Positions 1 through 15,100 of a stretch of 64,000 nt of DNA are shown here, piece after piece. The DNA lies in contig OZ024742.1 in NCBI GenBank assembly GCA_964016885.1, positions 43,338,001 to 43,402,000 on the forward strand, read 5' to 3'. The translations under genes and the position numbers were made by a program. The notes beneath the pieces are model-generated. The model had not been told where the DNA came from. It ran no database searches and saw only the letters and a list, made by a program, of their open reading frames with translations. Source of the DNA: Eledone cirrhosa. Lineage: Eukaryota. How positions within the stretch are numbered: position 1 is the first letter of the stretch; each line of letters starts with the position of its first letter.

Positions 1-232
1 GCTTACACCTCTCCAAGACAATGTCACTGGACCGAGACCTTTGGCGGTACTCAGTAATAGAGAAGACCCGCCTTACCTAAATACAAAGTAAAAACCTACT
101 ACAGTCAGTAGGCATCTCTATCAAAACACACCCCCGTCCCACCACCTCCACCCCACCCACACCGCCCCTTTCAATGTAAAGTTATGTTGGTCCCACAACA
201 TCCAGGCCGAAACAAATGAGATCGTGTAGGTC

Positions 233-1175
233 ATCATCATCATCATCATCACCGTTTTACGTCCGTTCTTCCACGCTAGCATGGGTTAGACGGGTTGTCC
301 TGTTGTGGGCAGTGTCTGGTCGGCTGACCATGCCTTGCTCATACAGGAACTGATCTGGCTTGATTTCTACAGCTGGATGCCCTTCCTAACACCAACCTCA
401 TTTACAGTGAGTGCTGGGTGCTTTTTCGTGGCGCCTACACGTCCACTTTACAGTGTGGGCTGGGTGCTTTTTTGCCGTGGCACCTCCACGACCACCTTGC
501 GGTGGGGGGGGGGGGGGGGGGGGCATATTGTTTATATGCTTCAGCATGTACCCATGGGAGGTCGGGTACCCTGTATTACTGCGTGACGCCAGAAGTCACG
601 GTCGTGTGTCATTGACTTTGAGAGGTGTAGTTGGGTAAGGTCGGCTTTTATCACCTCATCCCAAGTCATCTTGGGTCTCCCCACTCCGCGGTTTCCATCA
701 ACTTCTAGTGCTCTGCACCTTTTTATGCAGCTGTCATCCTTCATACGCATCACATGTCCATACCAGCGTAACCGCCTCTCCTGCACGCAGCATTTGATTC
801 CTCTTATGCTCAGTCTCTCTCTCAATTCATTTATGCTTTGTCGTTCACGTATATTACTGTTACACATCCATCGGAGCATGCAGGCTTCGTTTCTCTCTAA
901 TCTACGTAAGTCTTCCACCTTCAGCGCCCAGGTCTCACTACCATGCAACATCGCTGTTCGGATACACGCATCATACAGTCTGCCTTTCATTCTGAGGGAG
1001 AAGCCTTTTGCAGCTAGCAGTGGTAGTAGTTCCCTAAACTTCTTCCATCCCGTTCTTACCCTAGTTATTGTACTTTCTGAGCACCCACCTCCGTTGCTAA
1101 TTCGGTCACCTAGGTAGCAGAAGCTGTCTACTGTTTCTACAGGGCCCTCCCAGAGATTGGTGGTACTTGTTTCCT
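233..1175 (-). mobile_element. RTE-clade LINE, 5'-truncated 3' fragment with (CAT)n tail
   Basis: ORF 541-990 (MLHGSETW...RRLRWYGHVMR...GRPK.TW); nearly identical to 60192-61133. Confidence 0.9.
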
Positions 1176-1537
1176 AGGTGTCACGACAAAAAACACACAG
1201 TCCACGCTGTAAATGTGGCCGTGTAGGCAACACGGTAAAAACCTCCCAGCCCCACACTGTAAATGTGGTTGGTGTTAGGAAGGGCATCCAGCTGTAGAAA
1301 ACCCGCCAGACAGTCCACGCTGTAATGTGGCCGTGTAGGCAACACGGTAAAAACCTCCCAGCCCCACACTGTAAATGTGGTTGGTGTTAGGAAGGGCATC
1401 CAACTGTAGAAAACCCGCCAGACAGTCCTATGCGAGCAAGACAACCACTCTTGCCTCAAGTGGGAAAACCCCCGTCCAAACCCATGCAAGCGTGGAACAC
1501 GGACGCTAAACCTGATGATGATGATGATGATGATGAT
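1176..1537 (+). mobile_element. RTE-tail SINE/3'UTR fragment with internal duplication and (GAT)n tail
   Basis: ttggtgttaggaagggcatccagctgtagaaaa module duplicated; cccatgcaagcgtgg stem and (GAT)n end; related copies near 2870-3035, 11960-12280 and 50300-50515. Confidence 0.7.
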
Positions 1538-2480
1538 ATATATAATTAAGGAAATGTTTTGTATATATAAATAGCATAGTGAGGGTGCTTCAGTCAAAGC
1601 CAAGTCAACAACACCCAACCCTCTCTTGTGTCAGTGCTACAATAAAATGCACCTAGTATTCTCTGTAAAATGATTGGCATTAGAAATGTCATCCAGCTGT
1701 AGAAACTATTTCAAAAGGGTTGTGAATTCTTCAGTCACACCATGAACATCACAGCCTCTCTAGTGCTGGTGCCACAAAAAAAATGCACCTACTACACTCT
1801 GTAACGTGTTTGGCATTAGGAAGAACATCCAACTCTAGTAATCATATCCAAACTGGAAAGTATATAAGAGAAATGCAGTTCTCGGCATGTCTGGGAAGAC
1901 AGTTACTCCTATTTAGTATTAACTTAGTATGTGACGACACATCAAACCCATGTTAGCATGAAAAATGGACATTAAATGATGATGAAAATGCTGTTTTTAG
2001 CAAGTATCATTGTATTGTGTTCCAAGTCATCATTCTTTCACTAGTACATTGTCACATATTCTAAATCAGTGTTTCCCAAGTTTATTTTATCATAGAACAA
2101 GTTTATTTTGTCATGGAACACTTATATTAGTTTGAAAAAATCACGGAACCCATATCTATATTTTATTAACAATCTTCACAGCCTTCATTTTAATAAGACA
2201 TTAAATGAAATAAGAATTGTTTTACACTGGGAATTCATTCATATAAAAATTCAATGTAACAAATTTTCATTAACCTTTTCACTGCCATATTTCTAAGGAA
2301 ACTCACTGTCTATGATGTTTGAATAATTTTTTATGATCAAGAATTTGGAAAGATTTAGTAATTTCACTAACTTACTCATTATCATGGTGGTGTTTGGAGC
2401 ATAAATTATTTGTCTTTTGGTTCCCAACATTTTAAAATTCATTTTATTTGTTTTTTCCTCTCCTTTTCTAAAAATTTCAG

Positions 2481-2553
2481 GAATATGAAAATGCTATCAA
2501 AATGTATAAAGCTGGGAAAACAGTGAATTTTGATGAGTTACCAACGCCTCCAG
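2481..2553 (+). CDS. CC2D1: CC2D1 exon (DM14 repeat end)
   Basis: ttcag|EYENAIKMYKAGKTVNFDELPTPP-G|gtacgt. Confidence 0.9.
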
Positions 2554-5500
2554 GTACGTCTTGTTTCACCTCATCAGAAATGTGAATTAAAATTTTTCAG
2601 TTTTTATTTGTTTTTATTTATTATTTTTTCCCCATAACCATTTTTGATACCAAACCTCATAAAACTACCCCCGGTTCTATGTTAGAAAGCAGTTTATTTT
2701 AAAGTGTTTATATTTATCTAAACAACTTCTATCATAATTTACTGTTATGTTTCAAACACCAGCCTAATAATGAGAAAGTTATTTTACTAAATTATTTTCA
2801 AGATTATTTGAAGATCATACATAGGCAGTCTTTCTTTAGAAATATTGCAAATAAAACATTTATACATCATCACTGTAAACGTGGTTGGTGTTAGGAAGGG
2901 CATCCAGCCGTAGAAAACCCGCCAGACAGTCTTATACGAGCAAGACAACCAATCTTGCCTCACGTGAGACAATTCCCGTCTAAACCCATGCTAGCGTGGA
3001 AGATAGACGTTAAACGATGATGATGATGATGATGATCATCATCATCATCGTTTTTGCATTCACTTTTCCATGTTGGCATCAGAGAGATGAAATGTTTTTG
3101 AAGCAGTTTGACCAAATGCCTTTCCTTATGCAAATCCATACTTTATTTTTAAACCTAGCATAATTTTGCCATTTTGCCATTTTAAGAATCAGTTTATTTT
3201 TTAGTCATTTTGACATTTGTATGGCTCTTGCTACCACTAACCAGTCATAGGTATATAATGTGGTATGGTCATGTAAAACTCCTGATTGAATCATAGGGAC
3301 ATCATAGTAGCATACAGAATTTCTTGGACATTTTAAACCTGGCAGAGGTCATCTCTCTCCAGTGAGAAAGATATATAGAGAAAGAATTGACTCCAGTACT
3401 GGACTAATACATTTTTAATCAACTTCAAAAGAATGAAAAGCAAAGTTGACCTTGGTGGAAATTGAACTCAGAGAGAAAAGTGCCAGAACAAATGCCACAA
3501 AGCATTCTATCCAATGATCTAACAACTCTGCCATTTCACCATCTTAGGTGTAAATGATAGGGTATGTGTTTTACCTTATTTGCATACAAAGCTATGCCAA
3601 CTCCAGTGGTATTTGAACTAAGAATGTAGACGAACAAAACATCAGCATGTATGAAAAAATGCACATTAAACCATAGACAATGATAATAATAATAACAATG
3701 AAATATTGTGTACAGTGCTCAGGTGCACTACAACTCATCAAAAAGTGTATGTATAGTACATAGGGTAATGTACAAACATCAGGAAAATGAACAGTGCATG
3801 AGTCATGATATACACATAATAATGAAATTATTGTGTAAAGTGCTCAGGTGCACTACAACTCGTCAAAGGTGTATGTATAGTACATAGAATAATACACAAA
3901 TGTCAGGGAAGTACATGTGTGTATGTGTTAGCTGTAGTGTTGGCGGATCTCGGGAAGCATGGAGGCCTTAAAGGATGCAGTGTCTCGACAGCTAACAACT
4001 GATGCAGGTAGTTTGCTCCATGCTTCAGCAACTCTGAGCGTGAAAAAATGTTTCCGAAAGTCATGGGAACTGTGCTGTTTTCTTACTTTGTGGGCATGTC
4101 CACGTGTGTTAAACACATGGAAATCAAAAAGGTACTTGATTATGAAGATTTTAATGAGTTAGAATGTATTGCTTTGTTTTTGTTTTTTATTAATATAATT
4201 TTTTTTTCTATTTCCATAGGATTTCCACCAATTCCTTTGAATGATTCTAAATCACCACCCTCGATCCCCAGTTCAGGAACAAAGCAAGCTCCTGCCCCTA
4301 TGAAGCCACCTCCTCCTCAACCTCCAGTGACAAAGCAGCAACCAGCAGCTCAGCAAGACCTTTCTGAACAAGAAATTCGCAAACGAGCATGTAAGTACAA
4401 AAGGTCCAATGTTTCATAATAATATGAAATGTATGCAATAGCCCAAAATATTTCTATGAACAATGTTTAGTTCCTCTGGTTTTTATGCTGTTAAACAGCT
4501 GAGAGACAACATTTTTTAAGATATGTAAAATTTCACAAATTTTTCTGACTCTAGACCTTACGAAAAACTGTCATTTTAGCCAAATAAATATCTTGAAAAT
4601 TATTCATCCAAACATAACTTCTCACATCCCCAATTCACCTTCCTTGTCCAACTCATGTCAGCACCAAAGAAAGATGTTTTCCCTACCCACACCTGTTCCT
4701 TGTACACATGTCATCATGGAAAAACATCTACTCCCTATTTCCACTCACATTGCTGTTCCTCAATGCCAGGATGGAAAGTCAGGCATGCCTCAAAATATAT
4801 TACCAGACACAACTCACTATCTTCAAGGCCAATCTTTCCTCTAATCCAGTGGTTCCCAAGGGTTCTGCAAAGGAATGTCTGGGGTTCCCTGAAAAAAGGT
4901 AGAGGAGTATATTTATATTACAACCATATAACAATATTAGACTTTGGAGTTCCCCCAAAAGTTTCTAAACCAAAAAGGGTTTGAAAAAGTTTAGGAAACC
5001 ATGCACTAACCCAATGCTTCCTCTCCCTTGGTGGTATTACCCCCCTCCCCCTCCCCTATCAATGCCTCCTCAGTGCTGGTGTCATGATAAAAAGCAACCA
5101 TTCCACACTGTAAAGCAGTAATGCTTTTACCATGACAAAAGCAACCAGTCTACCCTGTAAAGTGATAGAGCTGGACTCATAATAAAATGCTCCCATTACA
5201 CACTGTAAAATGATTATCATTATAAAGGGCATCCACCCATAGAGACTAAGCTCAAAATGGAGCATGTGAGCTAGTTTTGGTCACCTGACTAGTCTAGTCT
5301 CATAATGTAACAACCTTTCTAACCCATGCTAGCATGGAAAATAGACATTAAACAGTAATGATGTTAAAACACCAGTCTATCGCAGATAATTTCACCAGAG
5401 ATTCTGCTTTTAGTTTCTTAACTCCTAAATGTACAATATTCATTCATTCTAGACAGATCAGTCAAGTATATTTCGTAACAGTCCACACAGCTAATTCTAC

Positions 5501-8500
5501 TTATTCTACTTTTACTAAAGAACTAAAGCTAAGTACAATGTATATGTTTTACTGCTGATTTAAACCCTTCTTCCCCTAGTTAGGTTAGCAAACCTATCAC
5601 AGGTGGCTTTCTCAGAGGTTCTGGGTTTTGCCTTTTTGACAAGTTTCATTGGCCTCCATTGAGTTTGTATCTCATAGGAGATTTCTTGGGGGTTTTAACC
5701 ATTTTGTAACTGGATTTCAAATTAAATATACTATATTTTCAATTAGTTAATGTAGACTTTTTAAGGAATTTACTAAAATTATTAATTATCTCATGACTAA
5801 GATAGTAACTTAACATATGGTTATTACATGAAATTGTGTTGGAAGATTGGTTATTTAAATAGGAACCTTTTAAAATGGGTGGTGTTGTTTCATAGAACCA
5901 GGGCCAAGTTGGTATCAAAAGGGTTAATAATATGGGACCTAATCCTATCCTGTCAGAGGTTTTCAGAGCACAGACAGAACAGATACTGCTTAGCATTCAG
6001 TCTGGAACTCCAACGGTTATACTAGTTCAACACCCTGGACTACTACTTTATTTATCAACCCCGAAAGAATGGAAGACAAAGTTCAACTCAGGGCATGAAA
6101 AGCTAGAACAAATACTACAAAGCATTTAATCTGATGCATTATTGTTTCTGCCAATTTGCCATCTTAAAAACAGTGTTTCTTTATGTTCTTCCAAAAGACA
6201 TGCCAGCTGTGGGTATATCTTAGAAACAGCAGGTAAATTTCTCTTATAGATCACTCTACCATCTTAAAAGTAGATGAATCATCATCATATATCCACTTTT
6301 TGGCATGAGTTGGACTGGTGTATCACAGTCTGAGTAACTCCTTATTAGGACTTAGTGTATTTCTAGATAGGTCAAGGATTACACATCGTTTATACATTCC
6401 ATTTTCTTTTTTGGCATAGCTGGATGCCCTTTCTAATGCTTAACATTTTACAAACTGTACTGAGTGCATTTGATTGTGGTTCCAGCACTAGAGATGTTGT
6501 TATGTTTTCAGAAGACTAAAAAGTCTTCTCTACTCTACATTATCTCTGTTTGTTCACTCATTACCCTGCAGAGTGTACTGGGTGCCTTTGATCATAGCAT
6601 CAGTAGTAGTGAGGCTGCCTTATGCCCTGGAAAGCTGAAGAATTCTCTTCACATTATATGAATATACTGGACAACTCATACTAAGTTATAATATGCCAGA
6701 AAAGAAGATGGTATAATCACAAATATCCCCTAAACTGATCAAACAATCACTACTGTCTTACAGATCTAAAGCTGAAGTAGAGTATAAAGTGTATCTCTTT
6801 TGATTTCAGTTGCCCGAAGAAGTATTTCTTCACGACAAGAACAACATATTACGTTCTTGAAGGAACGGATGGCTGAGTATCGACAGGCAGCAATTCAAGC
6901 ACGAAAGAATCAAAACATGGAATTAGCTAAAGCTTATCTCCGTCAAGTGAAGGTAAATACTGTTTATATCTGTAAACATGGCTATGTGGTTACAAAGTGA
7001 ACTTTGTAATCATATGGTTTCAGATTTGATTTCACTACACAGTGTTTTCTTCTGTAGAATTGGATTGATCAATTCTTTGTAAGATGAAAACAGTGCTGAA
7101 CAATACATATTTTTAAAATGAAAATAAAATTTTAAATTGCAAGCAGAGAAAAGCGGACGTAAAATGATGATGATGATGATTAAGTTGTATAATTGTTATC
7201 AATTCAAATAAAAAAAAAACAACAGTGAAAGCTAGTGTAGAGTAAAATAAGAAAAACAAAACAAAACATCAGTTTAAATGTTTACCTTATATTTCATATC
7301 TTGATGTTATAATTGCTGCTTGTTATCACCACCACACTCCATTTTCTTTTCTATTGAAAATGGGATTCTAACCTTGAAATATGAACATTTAAGGTAAAAG
7401 TGTAAACAATTGTTTTGTTTTATTTTTCTTTCTTTACTGTACTCTAGTTATCATTCTTGTACTTCTAATTTGAAATGTACTAACTTTCCCAGAGCAATCA
7501 TAACCTCATAGCTCACAATGCTTTATAACATTTATACTGCTTTGTTCTCATCACACCTGAGCCAGGTTGAATTTACCATCATACTTAAACTATTATGATT
7601 TGTTAGAAATAAAAGAAATTCATCGAATTTTCTTCCACTTTATATTTCTAACATTTAACTCTTAATTATTTAAATTCCCTTAATACCAACCCACTTGAGT
7701 GTCTCTGATTCTATGATACAAAATATTTTTAGTTTGCATGATTTTATGTAAGAACCTTTTGTTAAGTCATCTTTCAAATAGATTAGTAATGACTCCCAAT
7801 TTTTGATCATGTTCAAAATTAAGTGAAATATTCAGGAAATGCATTTCATCATAAATAAGATAGCAGAGGGTTAATTGAATTTTCAATTTCTTTTTAGGGA
7901 TTTGAACCAATGATTGAAGCTGCTGAGGGAGGGTTACCAGTTGACCTTTCAAAGGTAAGTGTTCACATCTCACATTTGAAAATCTCAAATAATAATAATA
8001 ATAATATTCCTTGTGGACACTGACAGAACCATCAAGGCCAACAGAGCTGATATATGTAATTGTGAAGGACCATAAAGAGAAAACATGTCTCTTAATTGAC
8101 ATGAGCATTTCATCAGATCATAACATCTCGAAAGCTCAATAAGTATAAAGATCTGACAATTGAAATTGAGAAAATGTGGTACCTTAAAGCCTGTACAATA
8201 TCATGATAGTTGGTTCAGTTGGAATGATAAAAAAGAGTACTGAAAAATATTTCAACCAGATACCTGGAAAGCCATCTCTGCAAGAGATACAGAAAATAAT
8301 GTTGACTGGTACTCTCCATACCTGAGATGGGCCTTATCAATCTAAAAATCTTGCAAAGACATTTACTGTTGTTTGTGCCCTTGTGAAAATTGATTGTAAA
8401 ATGTGTGTATTATCAAATTTTGCCTCATGTGCCAGACTGACACTTGTTATGATACTTGACTGTTGTTATTTCATCAACCCTGGAGTTGTGCAAGATAAAA

Positions 8501-9142
8501 TCAAATACAGTCATTTTGAAATCAGAACCCAAAGACAACAAAACGTATGTTATGGCTATATGCTCTGCCAAAGCAAGGTAACCCCCATGATAGACTTCAT
8601 ACTCACATAGGGTCTTTCTTGAGGAAATGTTTTATAGCTGGATGCTCTTCCTGGCACCAAACCTGTTTGTTGCCTCTTATGACATGCAGCAGGACCAGAT
8701 TAAATCCTTTTGAGGCCCTAAGCACTTAAAAGATAATGGTCCCCTCCCATGCAACATTTTTTTTTATGACAACTACATCTAATAAAACAATGCCTATCTT
8801 CCATTGATACTCTAAGAATGTACTTGTTTTGCTTAATGGTTAATCCATTGAGCAATTTCTTCCTCTTCTTACTCATCTGTCTTTCCATTTATTTCCTTTT
8901 ATCTCTCAATTTTCAGACTTCCCCTCTCGCCGCTTATTAAATTTTGCTAATCTATCTCCAGCAAAATTTTATTTTATGTGGTAGCATTCCTGTGACAATT
9001 TTCTTTTGACATTAAAAGACATTATACATGACAAAAAAAAAAGAAATCTCATTCATTGGAAAAGAAATAGGATGTGTGGGGTCTCAATATATAAACTAAA
9101 CAACTAATTGTGGGTTTAAAAAAATTCATTGGGACCTGAGAG

Positions 9143-9174
<32 letters not shown>

Positions 9175-12100
9175 CATTATCATCGTTTAACGTCCATCTT
9201 CCACATTAGAAGGCCAATAATTTTCTTTTTTTTAAATTCAGTATAATGTGATAGAAATATGCAAAGAGCAAATGATGAAAAATGAAATAAAACAAAACAA
9301 AGTGATGTATTTAAACCTTTAATGTGCTGTCGGCACATATTGCGACAATAGAGTAATCTCCCCTTAATACATAATGCAGTGTCAAGGGAAGCAATTCATA
9401 AAAAGTTCTAGCATGCTAAAGATTAATATATTTCAGGGCTAATACCCTCCTTTAGATGTGAAGCTGAAACTGTCCAAGACAAAACAAATGAGTGATCGGA
9501 GTTATCTTTGGGGAAGAAAACTCTGATCGCTTGTGTGTTTTGTATTAAGTACACTATTATATATATATATCTGTGTGTGTGTATATATATTGTATATTTT
9601 CCTGTAGGTACCACCTCCATTAATTACAGATGAAGATAGGGAAGATAAATTTATGTTTGTAAATCCTGAAGATTGTACCTTGTCTGGAGACCGTGAAGCA
9701 GTTTTTAAGAAATTACAAGAGAGTCTCATTTCTCAAATTAAAGTAAGTTTTTTTTACTCCCCATTTTTTTTTCTATTCTCAAGGTAGTTTGTGGAGGTTA
9801 AACATCATCATTTTTTATGCCTACTCTCCATGCTGACATGATGGATAGGTTGTCATAGTCTATGACTAGATGGGTTGCATAACCACATCATACATTATTA
9901 TATGATACATTACATATTTTTACATGGTTTTTTATAGCTGGATATTCTTCCTAACACCATCCACTTTACTGAGTGTATTGGGTGCACTGTAGTGGCATCA
10001 ACACTAGAGAGGTTTACAAGTCCTCAACAGGACCAAATAGTCCTCTTTACCCTTTTTTTTTTGTCTCAGACTGCTCATTACCACTTTAAAAAGAAATATC
10101 AGTTTAATGCTCTTATTTCAAGAAAAGAAGCATTGCTGATTTTATTATAGTAGAGGTCTTTCAATTTGTTTGTGCCTTGCAAGTAAAGCCACGCAATCCC
10201 TTTGATACCAACCCACTCTGTTTTTATGAAACAAAAGCAACCATTTTGAAGAGTTCCTATTTATGTTAAAACTTACCAACATAATATAATATAAATAAAA
10301 AATTGTCTCTTGATATTACAAATACCATCTTAATAATGAAAAAGTTAATAATTTTAGTAAGTCCCTCCAAATTCTTCATTAATCAGTTGAATCACAGTGT
10401 TAATCCTTGTACTTCTTTAGCTGTAGTTAGACCTCATAAATGTTTATTTTAAATGTTTACTGTTCATATAGAAGGGAGTCTTTGCAAGTGAGAGGTGTCA
10501 TCATCATCACCACCACCGTTTAACGTCCATTTTTCCATGCTGGCATGGGTTAGACGAGTTATCCTGTTGTGAGCAATAGTAGGTCAGGTTACCATGTCTT
10601 GTTCATAAAAAACCGATTTTGGCTTGGTTTCTACAGCTGGATGCCCTTCCTAGTACCAAAGGCCTTCCTAGGGCCAAGTGTCAAATGTTTCAATTATATA
10701 TGAGCTAAGCAAACATAACCAAGCATTATTCATCAAGAGCATCATCATCATCATCATCTTTTATGTCCATTTTTTCATACTGGCATAGGTTGGACGAATC
10801 ATCACGGTCTGAGACTAGATGTGTCAGAGAATCATGTCTTGTTCATACTTTCCATATCATGGTATGGTTCCTATAGCTGAATACCCTTCCTAATCTAATG
10901 CCAACCACTCTACAGAGTGTACTGCATTATTACTCCTTAAAATTTGATAACTTAATGGTATACTAAATCCCATTTTAACTAATTCACTTATTAAAATGAA
11001 AAAAAAATAAAGAAAAAAAGATGAAAAAGACTTATAAATTGTTATAAAAAGACTGATAAATTGTTATAATTTCAGATGTGTTCTACGAACAACAAACATT
11101 TTACAAAACTAGGAGATGTCTTGTCAGCATCAAGGTAAGTTCTTTTTTTATTTCATCTTTAGTCTTTTCATTACTATATTTCTAATGACATACACTGCTG
11201 GTGATTTTCAACATTTTTTTTTAACTAATCAAGAATTTGAAGATATTTATAACCCATTATTAAGCTAGAGTTTGGAACAAAATTATGATGGAAGGATTTT
11301 AGATAAATATAAACATTTTAAAACAAAAGCAGTCATAGAACCAGGGGCAGTTTCAGATGGTTTTGTATCAAAAGAGTTTCTCAGTTCAATGTCAGTAGAG
11401 TAATGATGGGATATGGTCAGACATTGTTGTGAAACCTATGCAAGCACTAATCATAGTCATTAAATGGTGATGATGATTACCATGATTGTCAATACCAGAA
11501 TAAAGTAAGCTGGCAAATTCAAAGTATTTAGTTTTGGCTTTCTCCCTTACACGGAGAAATATTGTTTGTTTATCTCTATTGATGTTAAAATTTCCAATTG
11601 TTATTGTTTATTCCCAGTCGGTGCTGATCAAGTTGACCTATAATCAAACATGTTCTAGCTATCCCCATCGTATTTTGTATTCAGAGACTACTTGGGCCTA
11701 CATTTTCCAATGTGCCATTCCTTTTTGTAAGGCCATAGGGTGCCACAAAAATGCACCCAGGACACGCTGTAACGTGGTTGATAAGAGGAAGGGTACCCTG
11801 CTGTAGAAATTATGCCAAAGGGTTGAAAGCATCTTTCAGTTGCGTCAGTGGTGAAAATCGGCAAAATATTTATCTTGAATATAAGCAACCCATTTTACCA
11901 TCGCTTTTTTTTTTTGTCATATTTATATTCGAATATATACAATATGTTATGTATAATATCATCATCATCGTTTAACGGCTATCTTCCATGCTAGCATGGG
12001 TTTAGATGGGAATTGTCCCACTTGAGACAAGATTGATTGTCTTGCTCGTATAGGACTGTCTGGCAGGTTTTCTACGGCTGGATGCCCTTCCTAACACCAA

Positions 12101-15100
12101 CCATGTTTACAGTGTGGACTGGGAGGTTTTTACCGTATTACCTACTCGGCCACATTACAGCGTGGACTGTATTTTTTTGTTGTGACACTTATACAACCTC
12201 ATTTATTTAGGACTGGATGTTGTGGTACCAACATAACTTTACAGAGAAAGGGGTGGTGTTGATGGGGTGGGGTAGTGGGATTAATGGTATCATTAATAAT
12301 TTTAATAAATTCTTTAAAATTCTTCATAAATTAATTCAAATGCAGTGTATATTATGAGGAATATGGTAATGATGACATGGGTGTTATTTATCTTCATTGT
12401 AGTATTCAATATTATAGTATTCTTGTTGATGATGATGATGAATTATTCCTTTTTAGGTTTCAAACTTTAGAACAAAGTTATATGAAAGATTTGGATTCTC
12501 TCAAAAATGCTTTACATCACGGTGACCCTGTCCCCAGGTTTCACTATGAAACAACATCTTTCAGCATGGTGCAGTAAGTTATCTTATTTCTTCTGAAAAT
12601 AACTTTTTCTTTCCTTTCTACTTTCTCTTGCCACAACGCAATGCACCCAGTACACTCTGTAAGGTTGTTGGCATTAGGAAAAACATCTGAAAAAAGCAGT
12701 AAAAGACTTTTTAGTCATATTATATCAAGAACATATCAACCTCCTTAATGCTGGTAACACGATGAAATGCACCCAGTACACTCTGTAAGGCAGTTGACAT
12801 TAAGAAGGGCACCCAGCTGTAGAAAAAGATTTCCAGTCATGTTATATCAAGGATATGACAACCTCCTTAATGCTGGCAACATGATGAAATGCACTCAGTA
12901 CACTCTGTAAAGTAGTTGCCGTTAGGAAGGACATCCAGCAATCAAAGCCATGTTGAAAATGGAATATATTGAAGACATGGTGCCCCTACCAGTCTAGGAA
13001 GATAGTATCATTGATTAAGTACTGGTTTAGTATGTAACAATCTGTCTAACCCATGCCAGCATTGAAAAAGGAATATAATATGATGATGATATAATCATTA
13101 CTTTGTGGTTTATTTTATATCTGTTCATTTTATATTGCAATTTTTAAACAATAGTATTGTGAGTTATAGGTTTCCAGCATTGGTTTGCTACTCTTATGAT
13201 GTTGATGGTGGTAAGGAGTGGGGCTACATATGTTTCTATTTTTCATCAATGTCTATAATTCATATTATTTGCTTCTTGAGTCATCCCTCCATCGAAGGTG
13301 AAACATTTTGCTATTTCTAATGGCTAGATTTCTTCAAACTGAAGAAATCTCTGAGGCCGAAAAATTCCAAGGCCCCAACCCCCAATTCCGTTTTTGGAAA
13401 AGAAGGCAATTGCAAGCATGTCACAGGTCAGATTAGTTGAAAACATGATAAAACCTAGGTAAAAAAATTTCTTCACGATTCCCATATATATATATGAGGC
13501 ACATGGCTTAGTGGTTAGAGCATTGGCCTTGCAATCGAAAGGTTGTGAGTTCAATTCTCAGACTGGGTAATGTGTTGTTTCCTTGAGCAAGACACTTTAT
13601 TTCACATTGCTCCAGTTTAGTCAGCAGTAGAAATGAGATGATAGGGACTGGGGTCCCTATCATTCCACTGCAAAGTGAAAGCTGAAGTTTTATTTCACTT
13701 TCTTTTTATAGATAGCATGAGGGACGACCAGAAAGTATCACTGTGCTGGAAATAGCAGTGAATTCTCCCCTAACAGCCCCCCATCATTCCATTTTTTGAA
13801 AATAAGTTGACCACGAGCTTGATGAAGGTCAAATTAGTTGAAAACACATGAAAAACCTCAATTATTAATCAAATTTATTTAGTGTTATTAGCAGTCAATG
13901 TATAAACAAACTTCCTTTTTATAAGGAGATAGATATTTATTGTTTATTTACTTATTTATTAAAAAAAAATTTTGTTTGTTTTTTTGTTTTGCTGTGTTAG
14001 GTGCAACTCTGATCTCGGTGATAATGATCTTGAGCTGACAGTTGTTAGAGGGATCAATTATAATCCTCCAAGCTGTAAGTAATTGTTGATGTTTAATACT
14101 GTATAGATAGATTGCTAGAGACAATGACTGGCAATTGAGTTAGGAGATGGAATGAGAGTCTAGTAAAGAGTCTAGTTGATTTTGACAATGAATGTTCCAG
14201 TTGTTCGATAAATAGAACAGCATGTTTCTGAAATTTATATGAAATTGGCTGAGCATTCCTCAGAAATGTGTACCCTTTATGTATTTCTCAGGGAAATTCA
14301 GCTTGACACAGTGTGTAATAAGGTTGGCCCTTTGAATTACATGTACAGTCTATCTGATGGGCTTTTTGGAAGCCCATCAGATATCAATTTCATTCACAAG
14401 ACATGAGTAAACTCAAGGCTATGGTAAATAACACTTGCCCAAGATGCCACACAATGAGATCAAACTTAGAACCTAATGATTGCGAAGCATACTCCTTAAC
14501 CATGTTGTAGCCACTAATAGTTCAGTAGAGAGAAAGAGAGAGACTGGCAGTGAAGTAGAGAGAGAGGTAGGTTAGCTCACACTCATCATTCTGGTTTGTT
14601 TTTTCTTATTCACTTTCCTTCCATCTTTCAGCATACTCTCCCAAGGATTTGGATACTTATATCAAGTTAGAATTTCCATTTCCAACAGTAAGTAATGTTT
14701 CAGGAAATTTCTTTTCTTTTCATATTGATGGTTCCTGTGCCATCCTTCTCTCCTTTTTCTTTTATTTTTTAAGGGTTCAACACCCTGACCCATAAATCTG
14801 TGGTGAACCATTCAAAGCCCCTTTCCTTTCACCTCAAAATTTCTTCTATCCACTGAAGGTCTATCAGTCATGCCAGGTGGAATCTAAATATTGAGTTCTA
14901 ACATTTTAAAATTAAAAAAAAAAAATTATTTTCCACTATTTAGTCAGAGAAAGAAGAGCCTTCAAAACTGGTGGATGGGATAAGTATGGAAGGAGAAATG
15001 GTATCCTCAAACCAAAGAATTGGTCTAAATGTTTACAATAAAGTGGACCCTGCTAAGGGCATGCAAGAGCTAACTGGGCAACAAATTAAGTCTATTATTC

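Noticed and set aside
9425-9570. Hairpin-containing segment ending in (TA)n that shares GTATTAAGTAC with the 49.7-kb remnant
   Set aside because: The similarity is too short and no ribozyme core was found; left unassigned.
13325-13372. Hairpin AGATTTCTTCA-aac-TGAAGAAATCT with CTGAAGA...CGAAA nearby as a hammerhead
   Set aside because: No consistent stems I-III could be built.
13496-13570. tRNA gene
   Set aside because: A/B boxes are present but it continues into a SINE body found in several copies; no proper acceptor stem.
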